The notes beneath the pieces are model-generated. The model ran no database searches. It was not told the DNA's origin and saw only the letters and a program-made list of their open reading frames with translations. A program made the translations under genes and the position numbers. A DNA stretch of 64,000 nucleotides from Laetmonice hystrix (taxonomy: Eukaryota), in the NCBI GenBank assembly GCA_965235115.1, contig OZ249437.1, positions 27,156,001 to 27,220,000 on the forward strand. The letters run 5' to 3'. Shown piece by piece: positions 1-13,200 of this stretch. Numbering within the stretch: the first letter of the stretch is position 1; every line of letters starts with the position of its first letter.

Positions 1-115
1 GCAATGTGATGAGGACTGCGGGACAAAACAATATCCGGGGGCAGTTCAAGCTGTTATAGGTAATCCATAATGTTATAAAACTGTAGCATTATTAAAATGA
101 CATCTAAAACAAATG

Positions 116-288
116 CAGTCAGACCTCGTTTATCCGGACAGCTTGGTGCCCATTCAAATGTGTTCGGATTGTGAAATATAGGGATTACTGAATCATTTTC
201 AATAGAAAATGGTAGAAGAAGTTAACAGAAAGTCTGTTTGGATTGTGAGGTATACGGATTACAGAAGCACGGATTAACGAGGTCTGTG
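116..288. mobile_element. Non-autonomous Tc1/pogo(Tigger)-type MITE
   Basis: Terminal inverted repeats cagtcagacctcgtttatccg (116-136) and cggattaacgaggtctgtg (270-288), followed by TA. CAGT-type TIRs with TA target sites are typical of pogo/Tigger MITEs; the left TA appears as TG. Confidence 0.65.
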
Positions 289-2640
289 TACTAAACCTTT
301 TTGCAAGACGGGGTCTTTTGATAAACATCCGCAGCCGCCGTGGAGCTTGTTTGAATAATTTGGCTCAACCACAACTCCAAGTGTTACCTTTATACCAGTT
401 TTTACTCTGTTTCCTGGTGTAATGGATTGGGTTGACGTGGTGGAGGTCCAGCTGTCGTAACGTATCTATATCGAGAGTCCCCACCCGCCTACTCCCGCCT
501 CAGGCTAGCAGATCCTCGGATTGACTTGAACAGAAACGAGTTCATTCCCGTTCAGACCAATATCTGGCAGGCAAATCCTGAAGACAGTGATGCAGCGGAG
601 GGCGGTATCACATGGATTTCCCATCACTTGTAAGTGCGACTGATGTGGAAAGGCGTGCGTTTTTTCCCCTCCTCCTCGGTTGCATTCGCTTGCGTATTTG
701 TGATATCAAGAGGGGAATGTATGTCGGGCCTGCCTCCTCCATTTCCCCCTAGGTCCTGTCCGACATAGCCTAGCGAGTGGATTCCATTTGGCAGGGAAAT
801 GAACTCATTTTGCGCGTGTGTACTCTACGTGTGCCAGCCTCCTACGCTGAAGAACCTCTCTAAATATTCTCATCTTGGCTGACTGCGAGGAAAGTAAAGT
901 TTGGATTTCGTGTTGCCACTCGACAGCACTGCGTGTAGCAAGTATGAAGCAAGCAGTGGTGGGAGCAAACTTTGGGAGATTCTGATGTCCACGCCGATGG
1001 AAAAGTCATGCTTGAGCCGAGACGAACCGGTCACGTTTCCTTGTGTTCAATTTCTTGGCAACTTTTGTCCAAATCTTGTGGAAGAAAACCAAACAGCAGA
1101 GAAAGTATAAGGTGGGGCCTGTCTGTTTATAGCTGACTAGCAATGACGTCGTTCTGAAAATGTACACTGACGGCTTTCTGTTTTTCGGTTGGAAAAGTTA
1201 GTTTATAAAGCAGCTCTTGTCTCAGTTGTCTAATGTACAGCTAATATTTGATTGATGGTCTCAACAGCATTTCGGTCGCTAGCAACCAAACCGAAGAGGT
1301 TATATTTGTCAAGTTGTCTGCACCCAGCCATGACGTCATCCCGGTGCGTATCATAGCTCTGTAACAGACTGAAGAACCCTTCATGCCTTACCATCGAGTT
1401 TGTGTCAATAATGGCGGCCGTTTGATGGCTCCTCCACCAACTCCTCCCACTCACAATTACCGAGATACTCAGTCACCGTGCCAGATTACAATGTTTGCTA
1501 CAAGCATCGCTCGTTGTCAGCAACATTGCCAGTAAAATGATGAACAGTCGACTTCCAAGTCAGTCCTTGCTGGTTACTTACAGGCCATTTAGCAAATGAA
1601 GCCATTTTGGCAGGCCTTATTACTCACTCTTTGACCCAGGGATTATTAACAATATAGGTTTCCATCTTGCCTGGGGAGAATAAGAGTAGATACCGAGACT
1701 GTGAGAACTTACAGACCTGTTTCAACTTTCATCCACCCTCCTGTCGGAACACTTCTGTAGACTGACCGTGGGACCACGACCAATTTGGTCAATCCAATCA
1801 AATATGATAAACCCGGTCCATTCTTCATAATCATTTCCGAGGTAGGCCTTGACCTCAATATTCCCAAAGATGCTTTAACACTTTGTCAAACCAAATTGCC
1901 AGTTCACCAAGCTTAAGAACCCTAATAGGGTTGGTGACAGTACCCTATCTTTTGGTCATCGACCGCGGAACCCCTGTCTCAGTTCAATCGTAATCATAAA
2001 CCGGAATTGATTTTTTAATATATCCTCTTTCCTCTTTCAGACCTTTAGGCTACATTTCCTTTTTTTGTCCTTTTATGAATTCCTATATTATTCAGACACT
2101 TGTATAGAAGGCATGGACTGCTCATACTCCAAAAGGTAGTGGCAACAGTCGAGGTTGATTATTGTATCCCTTGTGGCTCCATGTCAAGGCCCTTCGAATA
2201 TTGAACGGCATTCAGCAGATCCTACCAGGGATTAAGGTGTTCGCCCCTTTCTACTCGCAATGACCAAGGTAACCTCGGAGTGACTTCAATCCTGGTCGGT
2301 GGCGGGCTGATGGTTTTGATGCTCAGTTATCATATCACATGGGTTGATAAGAAGAAGTAGAACAGCCATTATCCCAATGAATCTCAGCCTCTGCCGCTGA
2401 AGACTTGATGTGGGAGGATCGGGGCGGCCTCTGAGTGCCGGCTGTCCACACTGATGAACTGCGGCAGGGCCATCACTGGGGCTTATCTATGGGAAGTGGG
2501 TAAGGAGTTTGGCCCGGGAGGAGATGGAAGTGGCAGGGTAATAAAGTTAGGGTGCCAGAGGATGATGGATGGGCACGGCCAGCGGCCGGTTTGGTATATG
2601 TCGGGCCTGTTTACGGGCGGCGTGGTCGCCCACCCACCCG

Positions 2641-3660
2641 CCCCGACCAGTCCCACCCGCCCGACCAGTCTCACCGGCGGCAACACTGGGCAGGCCGGCC
2701 AGTCACACCGGCGGCAACACTGGGCAGGCCGGCCAGTCCCACCGGCGGCACCACTGGGCAGGCCGGCCAGTCACACCGACGGCACCACTGGGCAGGCCGA
2801 CCAGTCACACCGACGGCACCACTGGGCAGGCCGACCAGTCTCACCGGCGGCACCACTGGGCAGGCCGGCCAGTCTCACCGGCGGCACCACTGGGCAGGCC
2901 GGCCAGTCTCACCGGCGGCACCACTGGGCAGGCCGACCAGTCTCACCGGCGGCAACACTGGGCAGGCCGACCAGTCACACCGACGGCACCACTGGGCAGG
3001 CCGACCAGTCTCACCGGCGGCACCACTGGGCAGGCCGGCCAGTCTCACCGGCGGCACCACTGGGCAGGCCGGCCAGTCCCACCGGCGGCACCACTGGGCA
3101 GGCCGACCAGTCTCACGGCGGCACCACTGGGCAGGCCGGCCAGTCACACCGGCGGCACCGCGGGGCAGTCCGGCCAGTCACACCGGCGGCACCACTGGGC
3201 AGGCCGGCCAGTCACACCGGGGCCACCACTGGGCAGTCCGGCCAGTCACACCGGCGGCACCACTGGGCAGGCCGGCCAGTCACACCGGCGGCACCACTGG
3301 GCAGGCCGACCAGTCCCACCGGCGGCACCACTGGGCAGGCCGACCAGTCCCACCGGCGGCACCACTGGGCAGGCCGGCCAGTCACACCGACGGCACCACT
3401 GGGCAGGCCGACCAGTCCCACCGGCGGCACCACTGGGCAGGCCGACCAGTCCCACCGGCGGCACCACTGGGCAGGCCGACCAGTCCCACCGGCGGCACCA
3501 CTGGGCAGGCCGGCCAGTCACACCGACGGCACCACTGGGCAGGCCGACCAGTCCCACCGGCGGCACCACTGGGCAGGCCGACCAGTCCCACCGGCGGCAC
3601 CACTGGGCAGGCCGACCAGTCCCACCGGCGGCACCACTGGGCAGTCTGGCCAGTCGTTCC
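2641..3660. repeat. GC-rich 34-bp minisatellite, about 30 copies
   Basis: Unit ccggcggcaccactgggcaggccg(a/g)ccagtc(a/c/t)ca. The 34-aa cycle in all three + frame translations equals 3 x 34 nt. Confidence 0.95.
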
Positions 3661-4788
3661 GGCAGCATGCCGGGAAGGCTCCCCAGTCATGAGACAAGGA
3701 TCTCTTCCACAAAGATGGCACATGATTGTCCTTGTTCATATAACATGTCCACAGTGCCAGTTTTTCGTGCAATAAAAGAACACGGAAAATCTCCTTAAAA
3801 GTTTTCGGTGAAGGGCGCCGCAGTATATTATAAATGGCCACTAGTTCAATGGGCGACTTAACCAAAACGGTTTTCTAACATGGGTCAAACCAAAAGTTTC
3901 CCCTTTCCTGAAGTAATGGTCCACTTCACCAAAAAAGTTCACTTTGATCCCATATGCGACCCACATGTTTAGAATCCTATAGCTATGGGCCTGTAGGTCC
4001 TCTTAAGTGTAGAACACTTTGAAATGAAACCGTCCACGCGAAATTAAACAGGAAGGCGACGATTATTGTATTGTATTGTATTGTCAGGATTGAGGAAATA
4101 ATTGTTCAGTGATGAACTTGTCACCAAAATACCGCCCTCTGCTTTGTTCCATTCTTACACTAATTTCACATTTTGCCCATAGTTTTGTGTTATCATTCTT
4201 AAGATCTCGCGTTTAATTTTATTATTTAAACATTAAAAGCCTACTTTAAATGACGAAAGTGGTACCAGGGTACGTGTACTTTTGGGCCGCAGTGTTTCCG
4301 CCCACAGTAGTGACTCGTATTATGGCTGCCCCCTGGTGAGCGTGACAGGAACTAAGTCCGGAAAATAGATTAGGCAGACTAAGTAAGTGTGCAATGGCTT
4401 GGAAATTGAACCTTTACTGCCCTTAGTATTCGATGGAAGATTCTTTTAACATGATGGGACCTGAGAGCTACTAGAAACGGGAATTGAATTAGGTGGAGAG
4501 CTAATGGTATAGCTGTAGTTAATTAGCGGTAAGCCTGGACAGTAAAGCCTCCCTAGATGTGTTCGTCGTAGAGACCTTGAGGTCGGCGTACTCGTGTGAT
4601 AGAGTCCATTTTCATCTCACCAATGGCAAATGGTCGTTCTAACTGTCATGTCGAGTTAGGAAGAAAGATTAAGGACTAACCAAATGATGAAAGTGTTTGC
4701 ATTGACTGGACTAAGAAAGTTGACGACAGAATCTTAGCGCCTAGACTTTCCATCTGTGAAAGAGACAGACAGACAGATAAACAGGCCG

Positions 4789-5033
4789 ACAGTGATCTGG
4801 AAAAACCTAGTAAGTCGAGTTTTTGTCCAATTTGATTTAGTCCCATTTTTGGACTTACTAGGTTTTGCCCTTTCATATAGTCCTATACAAGTGATCAGAA
4901 CTACTACGCAATTCATAGTTCTTGACCTGGAAAAACCTAGCGTTTGCAGCACCTTAATGACAGGAATGGTTTGTTTTTCCCAATTTTCTCAAAATGAGGC
5001 AAAGTGGACTTGCTGGCTTTTCCAGATCACTGT
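4789..5033. mobile_element. MITE-like foldback element with nested inverted repeats
   Basis: acagtgatctggaaaa (4789-4804) pairs with ttttccagatcactgt (5018-5033). An inner pair, aaaacctagtaagtc and gacttactaggtttt (about 4852-4866), is nested inside. Confidence 0.55.
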
Positions 5034-6797
5034 AGAGGCAGACAGAGAGTTAATGGGAAAATGGGACCCGGATAGTTGTTCCAACTTGGTCCTGTATTTT
5101 GCTGAAGATTATTAAGATTTTCGGACTTGGTCCTGATGGTCGTGTCACCAGAGAAGGCTGCCATTGTACGAGTGTCCCGACAAGTACCGAACTGATCGAG
5201 TCCTGACGAAGTGATCTGAGTTCAGGGACCAGTCACAGCCTGGCCGGCAGATAGAGTGTATCCCCCCGATAACATCAGCAGACGACAGGCTCCGACTTGA
5301 GTCATACACGTGTCACAGTTTGATGATTAGTACGAATAGAGTGTCGTAAATCGAATCAGTGCCCAGTCGTAGTCTTCACGTCAAGTGAAGTTTACATGCA
5401 GACGTGGGACGGCCCGCATCGACAACGAGCAATTACCGCCACAAACCAACTAGCCGAAGCCTAGTTTCTAACACTCTAATAGATTTGCTCTGCAGTTGGG
5501 GCGGAAAAACGTGGAAGACAATTGCGTAAACATGAGTCCACATCTGAGGGCTAGCTTAGTGGACTGTTGGAGACGGGGCAACACTTTTATTGGCCGTGAC
5601 AAATTGCCAGTAGCTTCCACTGGGACTATCGATTTTGTCTCCTTCCAGGAAAGACCTTTTTCGCCTGCGCAGGAGAGATCAGAGAACTGGCGCGGTCGAC
5701 GTGTTAATACTAGTTGTCCCAGCCAATGGAGGCGTGTGGTTCTGCATGAGCTACATCCAATTATAGGCCTCCCTCTGTCTGATAGATACACGCAGCCCTG
5801 TCTGGAAACTTGCAGTCGTTGCCGGCCGCCAAAACTCTTTGACACCTTCGAGTGATTAGAAGCGGCCTGATAGGAAAGTCGCCGATCTATTCTGACTGAC
5901 AGTTTAACACCAGTCGCGAGAAGAAACAGTACCCAGTGGTACAATAGAAGATTTGATTCGGAGAAGTTTTCCATGCCATAACTTCGTTTAATCGGAGGAG
6001 GAAACAAACAGCACCTCCCTGTCCAACTTCTCAAATAGTTGTGGCACTGTGGCTTCATGTGATGTCAGGATTTTGTAAAGTTGTGGAAGCAGTTTTAGCC
6101 CTTTTTTTTCTCTTGTCATTCTCAAAGAGTCATTTTCCTTTGTGTAATTGTTCATATCGCATGCATTAATAATAATGTTATTCGTATGAAACCCAGGTCC
6201 TGCCTCGTGCTGTTGTTAACATAGCCCTACCATCAGTCTTCATCAGGAGTGGTACCAAAAACTATAAACAGTTGATATATAGACATGTATTCTAGACCTC
6301 ATAGATGATTGATCATCTACCCAGACATCCTCGGTAATTGAGGTGGATTTGGCCAGTCGGCCTCTATCCCCCCTCGACACGTGACAATACAGGTCCCCTG
6401 GGGTCGTACCCTTATTCTCCGCCTTTTCTCTCGTCCATCTCCATCATTCTTTCATCTTTGTGTCTTCGTCTTACTCTGTCTTCATGATTCTCGGGGACTT
6501 CGGAGTCTCGCGCGACACCACCGGATTCCGCCTGGTGTGGGCTCTGATCTCCACGGAAAAACTTTGGTGGTTTAATATAACTAATCACCGCGGTCATAGA
6601 GGTACGGCCAGCCTCTTGACCATTGGATCATACAGCGTCCCAAACTCTGAATACCGTACGTGGATACTCGTAACTCAGAGATTTCATAAACTGCTTCCAA
6701 CTCTACATGTTACAAATCGCCATGTGGCGGTCTTTACATGCAACTTAGATGCGTAATGCGTATTCATCAAAATCAATGAAAACAAGTTGGAGTGATT

Positions 6798-6867
6798 CCA
6801 TGTGTGCGTAGTGCGTAATTTCTTTGTTTTGATTACGCACTACGCAATACGCACTACGGACACATGG
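6798..6867. repeat. Short inverted repeat (hairpin)
   Basis: tgcgtagtgcgtaat (6805-6819) pairs with attacgcactacgca (6832-6846); outer ccatgtg/cacatgg also pair. Confidence 0.7.
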
Positions 6868-7084
6868 ATTCCTGGCTTCACTGTTGAAATGATCTTCTGT
6901 ATACGTAGATGATCTTGTTGACAGACTTTCTCTATTTTAACCAACAGAATGCGCTATATATCCTGACAAAACGTTTAGGGTCACCTCAAACCATTTCAAA
7001 TATTCCAGTTGTTAGAATGTGAAAACCTTGTTGTACCAGAAGGAATCCCCTGTTTATTCCTGTTCACTGTTTCTATGATTCCAG

Positions 7085-7286
7085 ATATTGTCGTGCGTTA
7101 TCCCAAGTTCATGGGGACGGGGTACATAGCGTTCCCCGTCTTGAGAGGGGCCTACAAGGAATTCACCATCACGATCGAGTTCCGACCCGAAACCTCCAAC
7201 GGTCTGCTCATGTTCAGCGCCGAGCACCCCAATGCTCGCTCCGATTTCTTCTCTATTTCCCTCGTCGATGGCCATGCTGAGTTCAG
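7085..7286 (+). CDS. EGFLAM: EGFLAM exon, start of laminin G domain 1 (IVVRYPKFMGTGY...DGHAEFR)
   Basis: Acceptor ttccag (AG 7083-7084, phase 1); donor gtgagt at 7287 (phase 2). LG motifs FRPETSNGLLMF and DFFSISL. Confidence 0.92.
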
Positions 7287-10200
7287 GTGAGTTCATCTTG
7301 TCTGCTGGGCACTGTTAAACTGATGGTGTGACGGAAGATAGTGAAGGAATATATGGATTAACTCTCACTGTATGTAGTGCTACGTGTGCTACATGTGTCA
7401 CTGGAGAGTGTGGGTCGATAGATAAGTAAAACGATATACATTCATACCTGCTAACCCATCCGCATTCTGCGGAATCTTTCCGCATTTGAGTGATGTATTC
7501 CGCACGCCGCATTTTTCTCAAAATATTACGGAATCACGAAATTTACCCCCAAAAATGTTTATATTCACCTTCAGTGGACGGTAAATTTCCAGTTCAAAGT
7601 ACATATTCACCAGCAAAAGATGGTTTGTGGGCGCTGCCATGTTGTCTGGGGGGAACATGTAAGTTTGGTCTGGCAAGGAGAGAGAAAAAGAGCGGAAAAT
7701 ATCGAGATTGACAGACGAATAAGAAATAAATTAAGTTATTGAAACAAAGGAATGTCATTCTCTTTGATGAAGATTCCGCGTTGAGTTGACCAAATGTTGG
7801 CAGGCATGTACATGTAGACACGTGTTGGCTGAAAGGACGTATCAGGTATTTAGAGCCCTATTCCTGTAGTAGCAGAATCGTAAAGAAAGATTATATAAAT
7901 GTGTAGCCCGTAAGACAAATGCCAGGCCTTAAAAAACATGCCAAAGTTCGTGGTCCCAAACTTTCTGTCTCAAACTTTACTTGTTAGAAGATTTCTGACT
8001 TATGCTGGGTCTGTACCACTGCGACTTCACAGCACCAACATATTCACTGAATGCTAAGTCGGTGCTACAGAGGCGCAACGGTTGCACACACTTCTTTGTA
8101 CTTTTTTTTCTGAATTCACATCCAGGCTTGAGACAAGATCAACAATGTGATATGCAATTTCCTCCAGATATCCGAAGTGAGACGGCGAATTCCCCACCAA
8201 ACAGAAAGATTCATCTCAGAGGACCTCATGAATTTCATTACCATGATATTGCCGAGTTTCTCTCGGCGTTTTTCCCAGAGATATTGCATGTTACTACAAG
8301 GAAGAGCACAGACAGCTGAGTAATTGATTTCAACAAAAATATCCGCGGCATGGGATTTGCGCAAATATGAATAAAGTCTCCTTCATTTATGTCTGTCGTA
8401 ATTCATGCTAGCTCCAGAAAATCGATTTCTGAGGCAAACATCATTTGATATGGTTTACTTGGGATGCTACTGTATGTTAAGGGAGAAACTTTAAAGGAGG
8501 GAATTTAAACGTATTTGTCTGTAGTTTTAGGCGTTCCCTCAGGCTATGTTGCCCCGAGATTGGAAGAATTCGAAGGAAGCCAGCAGTCGTTGGTAACAGG
8601 CGTACTTTGCTATTTAAAAAAATTGATATCAGAGAGAAAGAACTTGTGAATTGTTGTGAGCGAGAAGTGTCAAGTTGTATGCTGCGTATAGCTTCCATGT
8701 ATGACGGCGTCTCGCTGAGCCAGGTGGCGTTACGTAGCTAACAAGAACCCTCTCGAACCTCCACTGAGTGTCTAAGAGCAGACAGCTGGCATACAGATTC
8801 AATGCAAAACACAACCACTCTCACACGCGATACTACAAAAGCAGCGCTCCATGTTTTCAGTTAGTGTTTGTCTTTAATTCCAGGTATCCCACTTATACAT
8901 GACGTGAATCGAGGCGACATTTATATCACTTTACTTGTAGTCGGCTAGTCCTGCCATAGGGACACCATTTACTGATGTCGAGGCTGTGTCAGTCTGTACA
9001 TCCATCATAGCAGTGTGCAGCCAGACCACTACAGATCAATGTAAAGGATTACACTTTACAATGCAAATGGCAAGAGGTGCTCATGAGAATGAAGTGCGGG
9101 TATCTGTGAGTTAGAGCACGCTTCACCCTGTGTGAAACTCTTTGCTTGGGATCAATAATTATATTCGTCAAGATAGCACGGCTGATGCCTGTGTGTGTGT
9201 GTGGGGGGGGGGGTCTCTGCTCGAACTTGCGATCCGTCTACCACAAAGATGGAATAGACCGAAGTGTCTGCAGCGGCAAAAAAAACTGCGTGATTGAAGC
9301 AGCAGTTCTTGTTCATGAGAGAGTCAAATATGAGAATCTTAAGCACAGCTCCAGACATGTCGGGCTGTGTATCAAAGAACGTAACAATACTTGAGATGAT
9401 GAAGCACATTTCCAGGTCAGCAACCCATGGTGGCTAGGTCCTTGTGGACCCTGGAGATGATTAATGGTACCAGCACCTGGGCGTAATCTCCATTCAAATG
9501 TCTTCCATAAATTCAAGGTATGAGACAAGAGCATGGATATTAATCAACGCAGCAGAGCCGAGGTTAATCCAGGCGTTCTTCGTTAGGAAGAATTTTTGAG
9601 CCGCTCGGATTAAGAAGTTCTTCACACAGAGTCTGTGATATGCATAAAATTAGAGTGATAGGTATGGAAAGCTTTCACAAGTGTTAGTGTTGTACTTCGT
9701 CCTTTATGAAATAAGGCACAGTTATCACTCAACGGAGTAATAACAATAATATGTCAGCAGAAAGAACTTTTGAAGTATTGGAACTTGGTTGTATTCTACG
9801 TTGTTCTGTATGTATAGTGCCTTCTTTGAAATGCAGGATATGTTTTTTTTTCAACTTCAAAGGCATTTACATTAAAGATTTAAACTTCTTTGTTTCACAT
9901 ATTCCATCTGAGGCCTTAGTTCTAGTGGTAGGCCTCGTATACATGCACAGTTATGTAGGCTTGCACAAATTAAATATTTTCGTTTTTTTTTAAACAAACA
10001 TGAAGATGAAAGATTGGGTAATCTAATAAAACAACAGCAGGTGGATAAAAGGCGGGTTTCGACTGAATAAAACTGACAAGCCAGTCGCCAGGCATGAAAG
10101 GAGTTGAAAAAATACACCATCGACCGTTTATATAACATGATCCAGTATAATATCTACGGGTATTCCAATTTTTTCTCGGCATCATGATGGTGCTGCAGGT

Positions 10201-13200
10201 GCTCCACTGCCATCTAGTATTTGATATACAAGCCGCCATGAACATCGCACAACGACTGGGTGAGATATGAGACAGGGCGCCACCTGGGGGGAAATGATGG
10301 CGTAACGGCTAGGACCTTGGTGGACCCTTATATATCGTACATGACAAAGGCGCGATCAGTACGCATACTGCATGATGTCAAAACGGTCGGTTTGAATGGA
10401 GGAGGAAGCTGGAATGCCCAGGAAAACAACTGACCTGCTGCAAGTACTTGATAACCTGGTGGTCCTGTTATCATCAGCCATCAGAGCACTGAGCTACGAT
10501 GGCTCTCCCAAGTCCCAGTACAAGTATAGTTTATCATAATTTAAAAAAACGTAGTATTTCGAAAAAGTTAGAAAAACTCCAAAAGTTGGAAATATGTGCA
10601 AAAGAAAAATGGAGTCACCATGGGGGTCCATTAGACGGCACATATTGACATGGAACTTACTAAACGCCTGCTCCCCTCAGCAACCTCAGACATGCTTCAA
10701 TGAGAGGCTTGGGAAAAATGGATTTGTGAGGCTGACTTCGTAGGAATCTATTCATCTATATTGTGTTAATCCAGGTGTCTTATATTGTGTTAATCCAGGT
10801 GTCTGAATTATAATCCAGGTATAAAGCAGCTGCAGGATTCCCAGTGTTGATTAATCGGATCTATCAGACAGACAATGGCCTGTTTGTTGCTTTCCTTATC
10901 CTGCCACAATTATTAGGAGAAACTCTATCTTGGAAGTAGGCCTATAACCGTGGGATCCAAAGAACCGAATTACGATTTTGGGAGCGGGCCGGTTTCCTAC
11001 AGCCAGGACGTATTGGGCCCGACAATCTTGTCTGCAGATCTTGCAGTCGATGGAGAAAAACTGTATGATCCCAGCCGACTATTATATTCAACCATATGGT
11101 CGAGTAAGATTGGTTGATCGCGTGAAATGTTATAGTTACCGTACTGTACTGTAGAGGTACATCCGGCCTATTTGTTGGTTCCTGTCCATTCTGCCAGGGG
11201 ATTCTGTTGGTCATGTGACAATCAGTCCTCCGTTTAAGGTAAAGTGTAACTTCGTCTCGTTGTCCTCCACATCGTCAGACCAGACCGGAAGTTGTGGTGA
11301 ATCAGATAAACATGTGTTCAGCTGATGGAGTGATGCATATGAACAATATTCAAAGGCAGTTACAGTTGTCGAACGTACACTTTATTCCATACTTCGCAAT
11401 TTGGTACTTGCGGTTTCATTGCCTTTCAGTATACATTGTATATGGGGAAATGGGATCTCAAAAGATTGCCCGCAATATGGCTCCCTGTTCCCTGTATTTT
11501 TTGATTGTAACCCATTTTGATTTGGCGGGTTTCAACGCAATGTTAATGTCGCCCCCCCCCCCCCCCCCCCCACCACCACCACCACCACCAGCAGCATCAC
11601 TCCAACCTTGTAATGAAGTGCATCAAACTGTGTACAATTTCCTGCTGGCCCGTGTGGAGGCGATGATTGAAGGGGTCCATGATCCCGCCGTGTCATTTAG
11701 TGACGGCAGCGCGGCCCGCAGGTCGGCACGGAAGGAGGGAGGGAGGTCACAAGGGAGGGAGGGAGGCCGACCAGGAGGAAAGGAGGTTGGCGCCTGGCGG
11801 TGAACGTGTGGCCAACTAGACGCCTTGAGGGATTCAAACGTGGCGGCAGGCCGAGATCACAAACTTTGGGGAGGCTGGTCCCCCGTGATAAAAGATGGTC
11901 AGACGGGCGGAAGTTCGCCAAGTTGCGCGACGTGACGGCGCGTGGGACTGCACGGCCGAGCGACTGTCTCTGTCCCCACCCTTAGCACGTGTTTACAGAC
12001 CTCACCCCCTGACCTCTCCAAGCCGTGAGGCACCGGCCAAACGACAGTGAAAAATAGCCCGGATTTTCGGCACACCTCAAAGTGCCCGCCAGGAGTCGCT
12101 CAAGATTCAGTGGGGCGTCCAGAAGAGGATTACCCAGCATGCATCATCCCATTTCCGGAGGGAGGAATGTGGAGCTTTCGGCTGTGACCTTTGACCCTGG
12201 GACAAGCCGCCATCTCCTGGCAACTCCACCCCTTATCTTGTTATGGAGATTCGACCCTCGTGCATACATGTCTTTGAAAATATTCAAATTCACGTTTATA
12301 ACAGGAAGAAAACAGGGAGTAGATGGGTAGTGAGGAAGGAGCACAGATATCTATCTACCTTTTCCTCATTTTGCAAAGGCAGGCTGTAGAAGGTTGTCAT
12401 GTATACATGGCAGAGAGTGTCAGCCATGACAATAACTCTGTATTCCCGTGTCCATTCCAACCTCCGCAGTCTATGGGGACGGTATCCTGGGAGGGTGATC
12501 CCACTTCCCCCTGCATTTGCTGAAATCAAATTCTTCTAAAGTGGCCTGGCCTCTGTCGGATCCAAATGCAGCCAACTGTCTCGTAAATGAAGCTCGCCTC
12601 GCCTCGGTCGCGAGAAAATAACCGTTTTGAGGCAATGCAGCGAAGTCGTGCAGGAGATAACGGTTTTGAGATATGGCCGGACTTATAGAAGCAGATGAGG
12701 CAGCAGAAATCGCATCAGTTCTGAGAGCTGAAAAAGTTGTTGGTTAGGCCGGTTTGATGTGTTGTTTCTATCGGGAGGGATGTGGCGAGACTCTAGAGAC
12801 CAGAGCAGTTGTCAATTTTCACAGCGCATCTCGTGACGTCACAGTTACGTCATAGTCCGGCGTACGGCTTCACAGTGCACCGTGGCTTCAATTTTGCTTC
12901 GGCCTAGCGACAAAACTTTCCAGGCCGAACTCGGATACGATGTAAAACTTATTCAGAAGCGCTGGTGGCGGCCAAAATGTAGATTTACAATCAAAGAAGA
13001 TTAAGAGACATGTCGTTATTTAATCTTAACAGCAACTGTGAGCTCATGCTATATGGTGTGAAATATTTCAACCTCCCACCAAAGCTAATTTTACCGTCTA
13101 ATCAAGATGAAGTATGACGTCTAATGTTTATACAAAGCGCGGTTGATATTTCTAGTATTGTAAGCTTCACCATTTATTGACTTTGTCTGTTTTCTGTCAT

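Noticed and set aside
2454-3865. Three overlapping ~410-aa + strand ORFs and several - strand ORFs
   Set aside because: They are the stop-free 34-bp minisatellite read in every frame; the same peptide cycle appears in all three frames.
5468-6058. 196-aa - strand ORF
   Set aside because: No recognisable family, non-ATG start; lies in EGFLAM upstream-intron sequence and is probably a chance or decayed-repeat ORF.
1-7084. Search for the upstream FN3/EGF1 exons of EGFLAM
   Set aside because: No exon with EGF cysteine spacing or FN3 motifs and suitable splice sites was found; they presumably lie upstream of the window.
11294-11803. 169-aa ORF with polyproline
   Set aside because: The proline run comes from a poly-C/CCA simple repeat; no splice or domain support.
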